Shown: piece after piece, positions 47,126-48,004 of the stretch
Layout of the letters: each line of letters starts with the position of its first letter
Position numbering within the stretch: position 1 is the stretch's first letter
Assembly: GCA_017458965.1 (NCBI GenBank)
Contig: JAFSZJ010000014.1
Span: forward strand, 1-48,004
Direction: 5' to 3'
From: Kiritimatiellia bacterium
Lineage (GTDB): Bacteria > Verrucomicrobiota > Kiritimatiellia > RFP12 > JAAYLN01
DNA length: 48,004 nucleotides
The notes under the pieces: model-generated
Told to the model about the DNA's origin: nothing
The model's database searches: none
The model's input: the letters and a program-made list of their open reading frames with translations, nothing else
Program-made: the position numbers and the translations under genes

Positions 47126-47242
47126 GTTTGACGGTTTGACAGTTTGACAGTTTGACAGTTTTTACCGCCTGGCAGTAAACCGTCAAACCGTCAAACCGTC
47201 AAACCGTCAAACAAATAGCCGAAAACCGTCAAACTGCAAACC
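47126..47242. repeat. inverted pair of 8-nt tandem arrays: GTTTGAC(N) x4, 12-nt centre, CCGTCAAA x4, plus one more CCGTCAAA copy downstream
   Basis: Read directly. Arms 47126-47157 and 47181-47212 can pair as four 7-bp helices separated mostly by A.C mismatches, plus apical TTTAC/GTAAA pairing. It lies between the rplO stop (47123) and the secY ATG (47254). Confidence 0.9.
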
Positions 47243-47253
47243 TATTTAGAGCT

Positions 47254-48004
47254 ATGTTCGGAGCATTCGCAAACACTTTCAAGGTACCCGACCTGAGGAA
47301 GCGCATCCTCTTCACGCTCGGGCTCGTCTTCATCTGCCGCCTTGTCTCAATGGTCCCGACTCCGGGCGTAGACTGGCATGCCCTCTCGGACCTGCTCCGC
47401 GGCATCCAGGAGAACGCCGGCGCATCCGGCGGCCTCCTCGGCATGGTCAACGTCTTCAGCGGCGGCGCCATGGAGCGCTGCTCCGTCGGCACACTCGGCA
47501 TCTGGCCCTACATCAGCGCGTCAATCGTGCTGCAGCTCATGACCGCCATCATCCCCGCCCTCGAGCGCATGGCGCGCGACGGCGAGGCCGGCCGCCAGAA
47601 GCTGAACCAGTGGACCCGCTACTTCACGATCATCATCTGCGTCGGCCAGGGATTCTTCCTCGCCCGCGGCCTTGAGCACCCCGGCTTCCTCGGCCAGGGC
47701 GGACTCCAGCTCGTCGCCCATCCGGGCTTCGGGTTCGAGCTCATGACCGTCGTCGCGATGACCACCGCCTCCATGCTCGTCATGTGGCTCGGCGACCAGA
47801 TCACCGCCCGCGGCATCGGCAACGGCATCTCGCTGATCATCATGATCAACATCTGCTCGCGCGGCCCGATGGCCGTCTTCGAGGCCTACAACCGCTACTT
47901 CTCCGCGCAGAAGTCCGGCACGGTCTTCGAATTCGCCCTCCTCGTCCTCGTCGGCTTCCTCGTCTGCGCCGCGACCGTCATGCTCACGCAGGGCGTCCGC
48001 AAGG
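47254..48004 (+). CDS. secY: preprotein translocase subunit SecY, N-terminal part (3' end outside window)
   Basis: Hand translation from ATG 47254: MFGAFANTFKVPDLRKRILFTLGLVFICRLVSMVPTPGVD... The frame is open to the window end and it sits in the canonical position after rplO. Confidence 0.9.
   Translation, partial: MFGAFANTFKVPDLRKRILFTLGLVFICRLVSMVPTPGVDWHALSDLLRGIQENAGASGGLLGMVNVFSGGAMERCSVGTLGIWPYISASIVLQLMTAIIPALERMARDGEAGRQKLNQWTRYFTIIICVGQGFFLARGLEHPGFLGQGGLQLVAHPGFGFELMTVVAMTTASMLVMWLGDQITARGIGNGISLIIMINICSRGPMAVFEAYNRYFSAQKSGTVFEFALLVLVGFLVCAATVMLTQGVRK

Noticed and set aside
45918-47186. 422-aa ORF antisense to rplR-rpsE-rplO
   Set aside because: It overlaps three highly conserved ribosomal protein genes and its translation is low-complexity Ala/Gly/Glu.
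47126-47212. rplO-secY hairpin as a Rho-independent terminator
   Set aside because: No U-tract follows the stem, and secY is conventionally co-transcribed with the spc operon. It is kept as a structural or regulatory repeat instead.

Overview
GC-rich bacterial chromosomal window with about 50 genes and no rRNA, tRNA, CRISPR, transposase, integrase or phage genes that I can recognise. Positions 1-35000 mix housekeeping and accessory genes. These include a tight larE-bioB-hypothetical-radical SAM/SPASM operon, a GH78-like hydrolase, copA, an NhaC antiporter remnant, a metallophosphoesterase and a DEAD-box helicase. They continue with a GYF/coiled-coil protein plus an MsbA-like ABC exporter, cdd, a GH63-like hydrolase, a MacB-type ABC pair and pheS. 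A minus-strand operon follows: ispG, epimerase, FHA-CpaF ATPase, an unknown 525-aa protein and a sugar-phosphate isomerase. A carbohydrate cluster comes next: YhcH-like, CE15 esterase, an unknown 822-aa protein, a membrane protein and a beta-helix/amidase fusion. Positions 35215-48004 hold the str/S10/spc ribosomal cluster from rpsL to secY. Its layout lacks tuf after fusA and lacks rpmD, as I recall for PVC-group bacteria; the phylum assignment is inference only. The most unusual signal is not a gene. Twelve short arrays of 7-9 nt tandem repeats occur in the window, some sharing unit sequences between loci. Five lie in spacers between co-directional genes, and one of these forms a roughly 85-nt hairpin between rplO and secY. 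Seven lie inside ORFs, where they encode low-complexity inserts in otherwise conserved proteins (copA three times, the DEAD-box helicase, the ABC exporter, the CpaF linker and a signal peptide). Secondary leads are a possible leaderless 55-aa ORF just downstream of the SPASM maturase, three TAnAAT-N7-ATG leaderless-type starts, and an orphan FHA-CpaF ATPase.
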